Positions 1 through 8,123 of a stretch of DNA of 45,189 bases are shown piece after piece. The position numbers were made by a program, and so were the translations under genes. The first letter of the stretch is position 1; every line of letters begins with the position of its first letter. Source of the stretch: Faecousia sp. (lineage in GTDB: Bacteria; Bacillota; Clostridia; Oscillospirales; Oscillospiraceae); the NCBI GenBank assembly GCA_045531015.1, contig JAZSDE010000087.1:1-45189 (forward strand), read 5' to 3'. The notes beneath the pieces were generated by a model. It was not told the DNA's origin, did not search any database, and saw nothing but the letters and a program-made list of their open reading frames with translations.

Positions 1-327
1 GTGGCTTCTGTCGCTGAGCGGAAAAACACGGTTGCCACGTTCGGTTTTCAAAGGACAGCCGCTGTCCTCGAAAAAGGTTTTCACCTTTTCGGGTGGACAG
101 GCCGCCATGGCACTGAACAAAAATCGACCGTTTCTGGGAACATTCTGCAAAACCTCTTTGGCATCGCAGTCGTTGGTCACGTTACAGCGGCCTTTGCCGG
201 TAATGAGCAGCTTTTTGCCTAAGCGGTCATTTCTCTCCAGCAGCAGCACCCGGTTTCCCAGCTCTGATGCCCGGATAGCCGCGAACATTCCTGCCGGGCC
301 GCCGCCAATTACAATTCCGTCGTACAT
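1..327 (-). CDS. NAD(P)/FAD-dependent oxidoreductase, HI0933/BaiN family (5' part; runs off window)
   Basis: Not in ORF track. Manual translation from ATG at 327: MYDGIVIGGGPAGMFAA..LLEKNDRLGKKLLITGKGRCNVTN..ERGNRVFP, i.e. Rossmann GxGxxG plus GRCNVTN signature. Confidence 0.9.
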   Translation of the reverse strand, partial: MYDGIVIGGGPAGMFAAIRASELGNRVLLLERNDRLGKKLLITGKGRCNVTNDCDAKEVLQNVPRNGRFLFSAMAACPPEKVKTFFEDSGCPLKTERGNRVFPLSDRSH

Positions 328-1016
328 CTTTGAATCTCCTCTGCCGTCAGATACCGCCATTTCCCCTTAGGCAGGTCGCCCAAAGTAAGGCTTCCCTCGG
401 AAATGCGGCGAAGCCGTGTTACGTACATCCCCGCCATTTCGCACATTCTGCGCACTTGGCGGTTACGCCCCTCGTGGATGGTGATCTCCAAAAGTGCCCG
501 GCTTCCCTCCCGGTGAATGCACTTTACGGTAGGCGGTGCGATCAAATAACCGTCCAATTCCACCGGTTTTTCTACCTTTTTAAGGCCCTCGTCGGTGCAT
601 TTTTCCACCCAGGCCTGATAGGTTTTGTCCACCTCGTGCTTGGGATGCATCATCCGGTTGGCAAATTCCCCATCGTTGGTAAAGAGCAGTAAGCCCTCGG
701 AGTCCATATCCAGCCGTCCCACGGGATAGACCCGGGTGCCGCAGTCTATAAGCTGAGCAGCATTTTTTCTGCCCTTTTCATCCTTTAGGGTCGTCACATA
801 GCCACGGGGCTTATGAAGCATAATGTACACCGGCTCTGTGCCGGTCGGGAGGGGTTTCCCGTCTACACATATGGTGTTTTTCTCCGGGTCTGCCCGGTCG
901 CCCACGGCGCACACGACACCGTCACAGGTCACCCGCCCGGCAGCGAGAAGCTCCTCCGCCTGCCGCCGGGAGCATACGCCCCTACCCGACAGTATCTTTT
1001 GTAAACGTTCCGTCAT
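309..1016 (-). CDS. rluB: rRNA pseudouridine synthase, RsuA/RluB family
   Basis: N-terminal S4 domain (RLQKILS..SRRQAE), catalytic VGRLD, EGRNRQVRRM; synteny with scpAB. Confidence 0.9.
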   Translation of the reverse strand: MTERLQKILSGRGVCSRRQAEELLAAGRVTCDGVVCAVGDRADPEKNTICVDGKPLPTGTEPVYIMLHKPRGYVTTLKDEKGRKNAAQLIDCGTRVYPVGRLDMDSEGLLLFTNDGEFANRMMHPKHEVDKTYQAWVEKCTDEGLKKVEKPVELDGYLIAPPTVKCIHREGSRALLEITIHEGRNRQVRRMCEMAGMYVTRLRRISEGSLTLGDLPKGKWRYLTAEEIQRCTTEL

Positions 1017-1020
1017 TTCT

Positions 1021-2115
1021 CTATCCTCCGAATAACCGCTGCCAGAAGGAGCGTTCCTCGATCTGCTCTTTTTCCACGGTTTTTCCGTATATTAAGGGGA
1101 TCTTTCCCACAGTTTTCTCCTCTAAAAGCACATAGGCATAGCCGGCATCCTGTCCCTCTGCAATGGGGGCGTATACAAAGTCCTGCCCGGGAACGACGAT
1201 CCGCGGACTTTCCCCGGGAGCAAGGGCATAAGAGAAATCCTCGCCTGCAAGAAGCCCTACTGTACCCTCCTGCCCGCCGATGATCGTTTTTGTCTCCAGA
1301 ACCGTGTCTTTTTCCACGATCTGCGTCACAGAAAACTCGGAAAAGCCCTTTTCCAGTAAGGTCTTATGATCTTCCCAATCGCTGGGCGCATCAATGGTCA
1401 CGGCGATGAGCCGCCGGGAAAGGCGGGTTGCGCTGGAGACCAAAATTCTCCCCGCTGCCTTTGTATAGCCGGTCTTTACGCCGTCTGCGCCTTCCACGCG
1501 CCACAACAGCTTATTGTGATTTGTCAGGTATCTCTCCCCTACCTTAACGTTTTTTGCAGACACCGTTCGGGCAAAGATAGGGTCTTCCATCGCATAGGCG
1601 GCGAGTATCGCTAAGTCCTCGGCTGTGGAATAATGCCCCGGCGCGTCTAAGCCGTGGGGATTGACAAAATGGGTATTTTTAAGACCCAGCATATAGGCCT
1701 TGTCGTTCATAAGCCCCGCAAAGCCCTCCACCGTACCGCCGCAGTAAATGGCCAGTGCCACCGCCGCATCGTTGCCACTGTGGAGCATCAGCCCATAGAG
1801 AAGCTCCTGAACGGTCAGAATCTCTCCCTCCTGCAGGTACATTGAAGACCCCTCGATGCCTACCGCTTCCTTAGGAATCCGCACCCGATCCAAGACATTG
1901 CATTGCTGCGCCACCACAAGGGCGGTCATAATCTTCGTGGTACTGGCGATCAAACTTTTGGCATCGGCATTTCGCTCGAATAATACTCTTCCGGTCTGGG
2001 CATCCAACAGGATCGCGTGCCGGGCAGAAAGGGCTGCTGCCTTGGGAGAAAAAAGCAGGACGGCAGCCAAGAGTGTAGCTGCCATCCCGGCAATTCGTCT
2101 TTTCACATTGCTCAC
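1021..2115 (-). CDS. dacB: D-alanyl-D-alanine carboxypeptidase (S11, DacB/DacF-like)
   Basis: Signal peptide, STTK (SxxK), SGN, KTG motifs, NPHGLD; ytfJ-dacB synteny. Confidence 0.88.
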   Translation of the reverse strand: MSNVKRRIAGMAATLLAAVLLFSPKAAALSARHAILLDAQTGRVLFERNADAKSLIASTTKIMTALVVAQQCNVLDRVRIPKEAVGIEGSSMYLQEGEILTVQELLYGLMLHSGNDAAVALAIYCGGTVEGFAGLMNDKAYMLGLKNTHFVNPHGLDAPGHYSTAEDLAILAAYAMEDPIFARTVSAKNVKVGERYLTNHNKLLWRVEGADGVKTGYTKAAGRILVSSATRLSRRLIAVTIDAPSDWEDHKTLLEKGFSEFSVTQIVEKDTVLETKTIIGGQEGTVGLLAGEDFSYALAPGESPRIVVPGQDFVYAPIAEGQDAGYAYVLLEEKTVGKIPLIYGKTVEKEQIEERSFWQRLFGG

Positions 2116-2146
2116 CTCGGTCTATTTTCTGCCGAGGGAGGAAATT

Positions 2147-2539
2147 TTATTCTGCTTTCTTTTCCATACGGCTATCAATAAAAGCCGCGATCTTATCTAA
2201 GGTATCGGGCACCATTTCCACGATCCGGTCAGCGGTGGTGCTGGCAGGCGCTGCTACAGGCAGCATCCGGACACTCCCCTCTTTGATAATGAGAAATGCC
2301 ACAGGGGTCACCTTCACGCCGGCACCTACGCCGCCACCAAAGGGATTTTCCTGCCGGTTTACATTTTTGGAGACGAAATCCGAGCCACCGCCGCCAAGGC
2401 CTACACTGATCTTGGAGATGGGAATGATGGTCACGCCGTCTTGGGTCACGATGGGCTCGCCCACCACAGAATTGGCATCTACCATTTCCCGGATCTTGGC
2501 AATGGTATTTTCTAACATATTCGGAAGGTTCTTACTCAT
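2147..2539 (-). CDS. ytfJ: Sporulation protein YtfJ/GerW family
   Basis: VVGEPI..IIPISKISVGLGGGG..FGGGVGAGVKVTPVAFL. Confidence 0.9.
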   Translation of the reverse strand: MSKNLPNMLENTIAKIREMVDANSVVGEPIVTQDGVTIIPISKISVGLGGGGSDFVSKNVNRQENPFGGGVGAGVKVTPVAFLIIKEGSVRMLPVAAPASTTADRIVEMVPDTLDKIAAFIDSRMEKKAE

Positions 2540-3149
2540 TGTTTTGCTCCCCTTTTCGTTTTTTTAGTAATTTGAGATATTCCCGGAAGCCGTGAAAGCC
2601 GTGTACAGCGGCAAGGGTTATTAGTCTTCCGAGCAATATGGTAATGTCTGCTCTGACATAAATGACCGTCTCTTCAGCGGTAAAGTCGCAAGCGATCTGC
2701 ACGTCCCGCTTTTTGATGATAAAATGCTCTTCAAGTAAGGGAATTAAGTTGCCGGTAGCTGCCCAGGCTCTGCCGTAATTCACCGCCAGATCGCAGGGAT
2801 CTTCGCCAGCAAGAAGCATTTTGATTTCCAGTCGGCGAATGCGGTGCTTTCGGAAGATGCCATAAAGCAGTTTCCTCGCAATATCTACAAAGGGCAGGAA
2901 ATCTGCAAGGCTGCCGCCTTCCTTTTTTTCCTCCTTTGGCTTTTTCGGGGCGGTTTTTTTCACCCGTTTATCGGCCTTTATTGCACCTTTTTCCGGCTTT
3001 TTCTCCCGTTTATTTTTTGGATATACCTTCACCGGCACCGGGCCGGCCAGCAGCCATATCCGGCAGCCCTCGCTGCTGTAAACAAAGCGAATCCCCAAGG
3101 GGAGCAGGTACAGCAGTACTAAGATGCCCAGTATGATCCAAAGAATCAT
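2532..3149 (-). CDS. DUF2953/YtfI-like membrane-anchored protein
   Basis: N-terminal TM, Lys-rich linker, DPCDLAVNYG motif; directly upstream of ytfJ. Confidence 0.75.
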   Translation of the reverse strand: MILWIILGILVLLYLLPLGIRFVYSSEGCRIWLLAGPVPVKVYPKNKREKKPEKGAIKADKRVKKTAPKKPKEEKKEGGSLADFLPFVDIARKLLYGIFRKHRIRRLEIKMLLAGEDPCDLAVNYGRAWAATGNLIPLLEEHFIIKKRDVQIACDFTAEETVIYVRADITILLGRLITLAAVHGFHGFREYLKLLKKRKGEQNNE

Positions 3150-3730
3150 TTTACTTCCTCCGCCTCAGGCTCGGAAATGGTAAGCTGCTCCTCCTCCACC
3201 AATACCGGCTCGCCGAAGTCCACCTTTTCGATAGCCGGCAGATCGCTCAGGCTTTGCAGGCCGAAGGTACGCAGGAAATTGTGGGTGGTCTTATAAACGA
3301 TGGGTCTGCCCGGCACATTCAGTCTGCCAGCTTCCTCGATCAGCTCTTTGGTCAGCAACGCACCGACAGAATAGGAGCTGTCCACACCGCGGATCTGCTC
3401 TACCATTGCCTTGGTGGCAGGCTGATAGTAAGCGATGATAGTAAGGGTCTCCAACTGAGAGGCGGAAAGCTTAGGCGGCTTGCGGGTCTCCAAGCACTTG
3501 GTAACGAAATCCGCCATTTCACCGGAGGAGACCATCTGATATGCCTTTTCCAGCTTGAGTATTCGGATGCCGCGACGGGCAAAGGCCAATTCGTCAGAGA
3601 GCGCATCGGCGGCGGCGATAATGTCCGCTTCGTCAGTTTCCAATGCCATAGCCAGCCGAGCGGCTTCTACCTTTTCACCGGAAGCAAAGAGGATCGCCTC
3701 AATGGCGCGCTGTAATTCAGTTTGTTCCAT
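3146..3730 (-). CDS. scpB: SMC-Scp complex subunit ScpB
   Basis: IEAILFA, LETLTIIAYYQP, IRGVDS, PGRPIVYKTT..FL..FGL. Confidence 0.95.
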   Translation of the reverse strand: MEQTELQRAIEAILFASGEKVEAARLAMALETDEADIIAAADALSDELAFARRGIRILKLEKAYQMVSSGEMADFVTKCLETRKPPKLSASQLETLTIIAYYQPATKAMVEQIRGVDSSYSVGALLTKELIEEAGRLNVPGRPIVYKTTHNFLRTFGLQSLSDLPAIEKVDFGEPVLVEEEQLTISEPEAEEVK

Positions 3731-4526
3731 AGCTTTCCTCCAAATTTTCCTCTGGGTTGCGGATCAGTCTTACATCTACGTCTTCACCGGAGGTGTCGTC
3801 CCCCTCCAGCACCACAGAATTGGTCTTACAAAGCTCCAAAATGGCAAGGAAGGTCGCCACCACCTCGGAGCGGGATTTATTGCCCTTAAAGAGGGATTTG
3901 AGCTTCTGAATACCCCGCAGCACCAAGGAGCGGATGACCTCCGTTGCCTTTCGGGTCACAGGGTAGGGCTCTTTGCCCACGATACCCTGGAAATTGACGG
4001 TGGGCGGCGGCAGACGGCGCTGGTCACGCTCTGCGATCTCCTCAAGCGCCTTCATCAGATCGGTTGCAGGATGGCGGTACTGGTAAGTGCCGCTTCGCTT
4101 CAGGGGCTCGGGCTGCTTTACAAACATCCCTCTGCCGATGTCGTTTCTGGGCTCTAAATAAGATACCGCGATACGGATCTGCTCAATGGCTTCTCTGCGC
4201 TGGCGCTCCACAAGGGATTTACGCAGCTCGTCCAGCTCGGACTGGGCTTCTGCCGCTTCTGCGGCGGATAGTACCATTTTCGTCTTAATGAGCATCAGGT
4301 GGGATGCCATAGCGATAAACTCGCTGGCGATCTCCATATCCATCCGCTTCATCTCGTCCAAATACGCGAGGTACTGGGTAAGGATGGCAGTGATGGACAC
4401 ATCCTGGATCTCTATTTTATTTTTGCTCAGCAGCAGAAAAATAACATCCAGCGGGCCTTCGAAATCCTCCCGTTCTTCGCTGCGGGAGCGGACGATGCCG
4501 GTGAGCTTATACTTCGGTTGTTCCAT
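3717..4526 (-). CDS. scpA: Segregation/condensation protein ScpA
   Basis: FEGPLD, SEFIAMASHLMLIKTK, VATFLAILEL; start moved to ATG 4526 after GGAG RBS. Confidence 0.93.
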   Translation of the reverse strand: MEQPKYKLTGIVRSRSEEREDFEGPLDVIFLLLSKNKIEIQDVSITAILTQYLAYLDEMKRMDMEIASEFIAMASHLMLIKTKMVLSAAEAAEAQSELDELRKSLVERQRREAIEQIRIAVSYLEPRNDIGRGMFVKQPEPLKRSGTYQYRHPATDLMKALEEIAERDQRRLPPPTVNFQGIVGKEPYPVTRKATEVIRSLVLRGIQKLKSLFKGNKSRSEVVATFLAILELCKTNSVVLEGDDTSGEDVDVRLIRNPEENLEESYGTN

Positions 4527-4558
4527 ACTTACTCCATACTTTCCCAATTATACTCGTT

Positions 4559-4587
4559 ATTATAACACTTAGAAGCCCAAGGTGCAA
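4559..4587 (-). promoter_or_regulatory. sigma-A promoter of scpA operon
   Basis: TTGCAC-17-TATAAT with extended -10 TG. Confidence 0.7.
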
Positions 4588-4738
4588 GTATTTCCGGTAA
4601 AAATAATAAAAATGCCTCCCGACAAACAGAAGGCAACCCCCTCACTTGTAATCATATAAAAATGTGTTACAATAACCAAAAATCTATTGCTCAGATGAAA
4701 TTTAATGGAACATTTTAATTATGGATCCTGCTTTTCAT

Positions 4739-4777
4739 TGTAGAAATTCATCTATTTGTTGTCTATATAGATGAAAG
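4739..4777 (+). promoter_or_regulatory. Candidate ECF-sigma (autoregulatory) promoter
   Basis: TGTAGAA...GTCTATATAGATGAAAG just upstream of the ECF gene; similar motif at 13894-13934. Confidence 0.4.
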
Positions 4778-4798
4778 GGACAGAGAGGAGGCTGCACC

Positions 4799-5398
4799 AT
4801 GGTGGCAAATACCGAAATATTTTCAGATGAACATATTATTGAATTATTCTTTTCAAGAGATGAAGCTGCGATCAAAAGCGCTGAGGCCAAATACGGCAGC
4901 TATTTACATACAATCGCCGTAAACATTTTGTCCAACAGCGAAGATTGCGAGGAATGTAAAAGTGACACCTATTTGGCACTGTGGAATCATATTCCTCCTG
5001 ACCGTCCAAGCAACCTTAAGGCCTATGTTGCAAAAATCATAAGAAATATTTCTATCAACAAGTATAACGAGAGAACCAGACAGAAAAGAATTCCGTCTGA
5101 GTATACCCTTTCCTTGGAGGAGCTTTCCGAATGTATTCCCGATAAAAACGATGTAGAAACTGCATATGATGCCAAGCACCTCCAGCAGGTTATGAATTCT
5201 TTTTTGCTGTCCCTTTCAAAAAGAAAGCGCTACATTTTTATCTGCAGATATTACTGTGGTGATTCAATTGACCGCATTGCTTGTTCCTTAAAAATCAGCG
5301 GATCCATGGTTTTTTATGAACTGGCAAAAATCAGAAAACAACTTAAAAACACTTTGAAACAGGAGGGATTTTGGAATGAACGTAGCGAAGCTCGCTAA
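4799..5398 (+). CDS. ECF-type sigma-70 factor
   Basis: Region 2-like EDCEECKSDTYLALWNHIPP..LKAYVAKIIRNISIN; region 4 IFICRYYCGDSIDRIA; GAGGAGG RBS. Confidence 0.9.
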   Translation: MVANTEIFSDEHIIELFFSRDEAAIKSAEAKYGSYLHTIAVNILSNSEDCEECKSDTYLALWNHIPPDRPSNLKAYVAKIIRNISINKYNERTRQKRIPSEYTLSLEELSECIPDKNDVETAYDAKHLQQVMNSFLLSLSKRKRYIFICRYYCGDSIDRIACSLKISGSMVFYELAKIRKQLKNTLKQEGFWNERSEAR

Positions 5399-6722
5399 CG
5401 CAATTTCGATGATAGATGACAGCATACTTTCCGATGTTCTTGAAGAACGCTACAGACGAAATGCAGACATAAAGGAAGCAAGCAAGTCATTCAAAACCAT
5501 TTGTCGATTATCCTTGGCTGCAGCCGCAATTGCAGCGGTATGTCTATTGGCAGTCCTTACAGTTTCTAATAATACTGTACCACAGGATATAAATCCTATA
5601 CTGGACAAACCGCAGTATGTTGCAGCATTCAGTTCCCCGGAATTAAAGGCACTGTATGAGGAATATCCCTATTCTCAGCTTTTACCGCAAAAGGTGCCCG
5701 AAAAGCTCTTATTTATATCCAGCTATAAAACAGAATATGACCCCATCGCAAATCCCGAAAACTACGAATTCCTTGCATTATGCTTTGGTGGAAGTATAGA
5801 TACCGGCAATCTTGAAATTAAAGTTACAAAATACGATGGAAAGGCTGAGATCGCTGATCCTGCAAAACCTGAAACATATGACCTTTCCCTCTACTATGAA
5901 TATCGGGAAACACCCGGTACATTCGGAGCAAATGCACCAAAAATTCTTAATCTGTTTCGAGCTGAGGATCTGTCACCGATGATTGCAGAAAAGAGAGTGT
6001 ATGTATTTGATGACGGTCTTTGCAAGGCCGAGATCAAGATTCTGTGCGGAGAATATGTTGTCGCCTATCATTATGCCGGTCCGGAATTAACAAGCGATTT
6101 ATTTTTTGAGGTAATTACTTCTCCCCATTATTTCACAAAAGAGTTATCACGGAACAACGATAATCGGACAGTGTCCCAAAATATAACCAACTATATCCCT
6201 GCATATAGCACACCATCTATGGAACAGCTTTATATAACGCACCCCTTTGATGTTCTTCTGCCCCAAAAGATTCTGCCACGCTGTACCTTCCGGTCCAGTT
6301 ACAAGATCGAACCCGATGCATTTGCAAATCCTGACAGCAAAACATATTTATCTGTTATCTTCAATACCTCTATGCCAGACTGTAGTTTAGAAATCTCCAT
6401 CAGCGACCAACCTGACACGGTTATACTTGCCGATATTGCAAATCCACAAACCTACAATCTTAAGTACTATTATGAAGAACGGTCAAATTATGTAGTTGAT
6501 GGCATCATTATGGAGGATAATCAATTTTTTAGTGTATTTAAGTCTGAGGATATCAGCCAGCAGCTTATGGACTACAGAATTCACACTTTCGAAAATGGCT
6601 TGTGCAAAGCTAATATTGACATTCTTTGCGACACCTATATTGTTTCCTATGGCTATACTGGACCAACAATAACTGCAGCCGATCTTCATGAAATGATTAT
6701 TTCGGCAAAGTGGTTCCGTTAA
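5376..6722 (+). CDS. Putative anti-sigma factor with single TM and tandem-duplicated extracellular domain
   Basis: Overlaps sigma 3' end; N-terminal AISMIDD, TM AAAAIAAVCLLAVL; two ~175-aa repeats (LLPQK..SSYK..ANP..GLCKA.I.ILC). Confidence 0.7.
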   Translation: MNVAKLANAISMIDDSILSDVLEERYRRNADIKEASKSFKTICRLSLAAAAIAAVCLLAVLTVSNNTVPQDINPILDKPQYVAAFSSPELKALYEEYPYSQLLPQKVPEKLLFISSYKTEYDPIANPENYEFLALCFGGSIDTGNLEIKVTKYDGKAEIADPAKPETYDLSLYYEYRETPGTFGANAPKILNLFRAEDLSPMIAEKRVYVFDDGLCKAEIKILCGEYVVAYHYAGPELTSDLFFEVITSPHYFTKELSRNNDNRTVSQNITNYIPAYSTPSMEQLYITHPFDVLLPQKILPRCTFRSSYKIEPDAFANPDSKTYLSVIFNTSMPDCSLEISISDQPDTVILADIANPQTYNLKYYYEERSNYVVDGIIMEDNQFFSVFKSEDISQQLMDYRIHTFENGLCKANIDILCDTYIVSYGYTGPTITAADLHEMIISAKWFR

Positions 6723-6767
6723 ACGGAGTACCATTGTAAATATTAATCACAAAAGGAGGCAAAAACT

Positions 6768-7832
6768 ATGAAGGACAAAAGTTTTAGAAAGCTGGCACTA
6801 CTGATAACTCTGCTATTACTATTCACATCTGTGCAGTTTGGGGTGTCTGCAGCTGATCCCTCGCCGTATTTACGAACAGAAAAAGAGGCCATTGCATATA
6901 TCGAAAACTATGCAAACGATATCGGCTCCGGTGATGAAAAGCACAGCATTGTAGCGAGCACTCCAATCCAAAGTTTTACAGATGGCAAAAGCTATGTTCT
7001 TTACTCTTTCGCAACAGGTGGGTATGCAATCTATGACAAAATCAGCGGTGTAGCTGAAGAGATGATGCCCGATGCCAAGAATCCGTACTCCAATATTGAA
7101 AAAGGAAAACTACTTTATGGCGGACCAATGAATTATATTGTCGAAGTTGACGGTGAGCTAATCTCTATTTTGGATAACCAAAAACTCAATGATGAGGATA
7201 TTAAATTTCTTACAGATATAGAAAAAGCTACCGTTAAAAATCGCACAGAAATGCGTGCTATCCCGACAACAGTCAATACTCGTTGTATGAATTCCTCTAC
7301 CTATTTCACATCACTGTTAGGAGACAATTTTGGATATAATACTTCAGGAACATGCACACATATCGCTTGTGCAATAATGCTTGGTTTCTATGACAATTAT
7401 GTGAACACACAGTTTGTTCCGACAGCATATGAAGATGGATATGGAACTACCGAATCTTTCCATATTTATTTACAATCCTTCATTGGATACGGACCTCAAG
7501 GTTTAGGAGACGCGGCAAATGGTTTGAATTCTTACTTTTCAAGCATTTTTTTCACTTCCCCACACGCATCTTGCGATGTATGCAATCATAATGCTGTTTT
7601 TACTCGCGTATGCAATAATGTATATCATAACAGACCAACTGTGATTGCAATGTTTAACTCCTATAATTCTAATTGTACAATGAACCACTCTGTTGTTGCT
7701 TACGGTTACCGCGAAGAGCTACATGGACCTGAACTGACATCTGCCGCGTATTATGTCCATACCGGTTGGCATGGTACAAAAACCGGAACTTACGCATGGG
7801 ATTGGTTCGCTGATTCTCTATTCATTAGTTAA
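6768..7832 (+). CDS. Secreted papain-fold cysteine peptidase (C10/C39-like) with probable prodomain
   Basis: Signal peptide ending VSA; NTSGTC196THIACAIML; NH307SVVAYGY; YYVHTGW. Confidence 0.7.
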   Translation: MKDKSFRKLALLITLLLLFTSVQFGVSAADPSPYLRTEKEAIAYIENYANDIGSGDEKHSIVASTPIQSFTDGKSYVLYSFATGGYAIYDKISGVAEEMMPDAKNPYSNIEKGKLLYGGPMNYIVEVDGELISILDNQKLNDEDIKFLTDIEKATVKNRTEMRAIPTTVNTRCMNSSTYFTSLLGDNFGYNTSGTCTHIACAIMLGFYDNYVNTQFVPTAYEDGYGTTESFHIYLQSFIGYGPQGLGDAANGLNSYFSSIFFTSPHASCDVCNHNAVFTRVCNNVYHNRPTVIAMFNSYNSNCTMNHSVVAYGYREELHGPELTSAAYYVHTGWHGTKTGTYAWDWFADSLFIS

Positions 7833-7921
7833 CCAAGAGATTTGCAAACAAGTTGCCAAATTAGCGCTGATCTTGTGCATAGCACTTGACAAAAATTTTG
7901 AAGATATATTCTACTTTTAGC

Positions 7922-7954
7922 AAAAACCGGTGCATCGAGCACCGGTTTTTGTTT
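7922..7954 (+). terminator. Intrinsic terminator (bidirectional-type)
   Basis: AAAAACCGGTGC-ATCGA-GCACCGGTTTTT; identical core at 23765. Confidence 0.75.
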
Positions 7955-7955
7955 C

Positions 7956-8123
7956 GGGTCGTCGTAGGCGCCGACCCCTACAAGCCTTCTCCCGGGAGAA
8001 GGTGCCCCGCAGGGGCGGATGAGGGGATGAACAAGTGCAGGCTGACCCTCATCCGACCTCGCTATGCTCGGCCACCTTCCCCAAAGGGGAAGGCTTTGGC
8101 GGACGAGCGATGCTCGCCCCTAC
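7956..8123. repeat. REP cluster: two GTAG-type REPs flanking an inverted pair of two-hairpin repeats
   Basis: ...CGACCCCTAC (7956-7981); pair 7983-8024 and 8046-8097; GCGGACGAGCGATGCTCGCCCCTAC (8099-8123). Confidence 0.85.

Noticed and set aside
7886-7915. Promoter for a small RNA (TTGACA just before the terminator)
   Set aside because: No acceptable -10 at 16-18 bp spacing.
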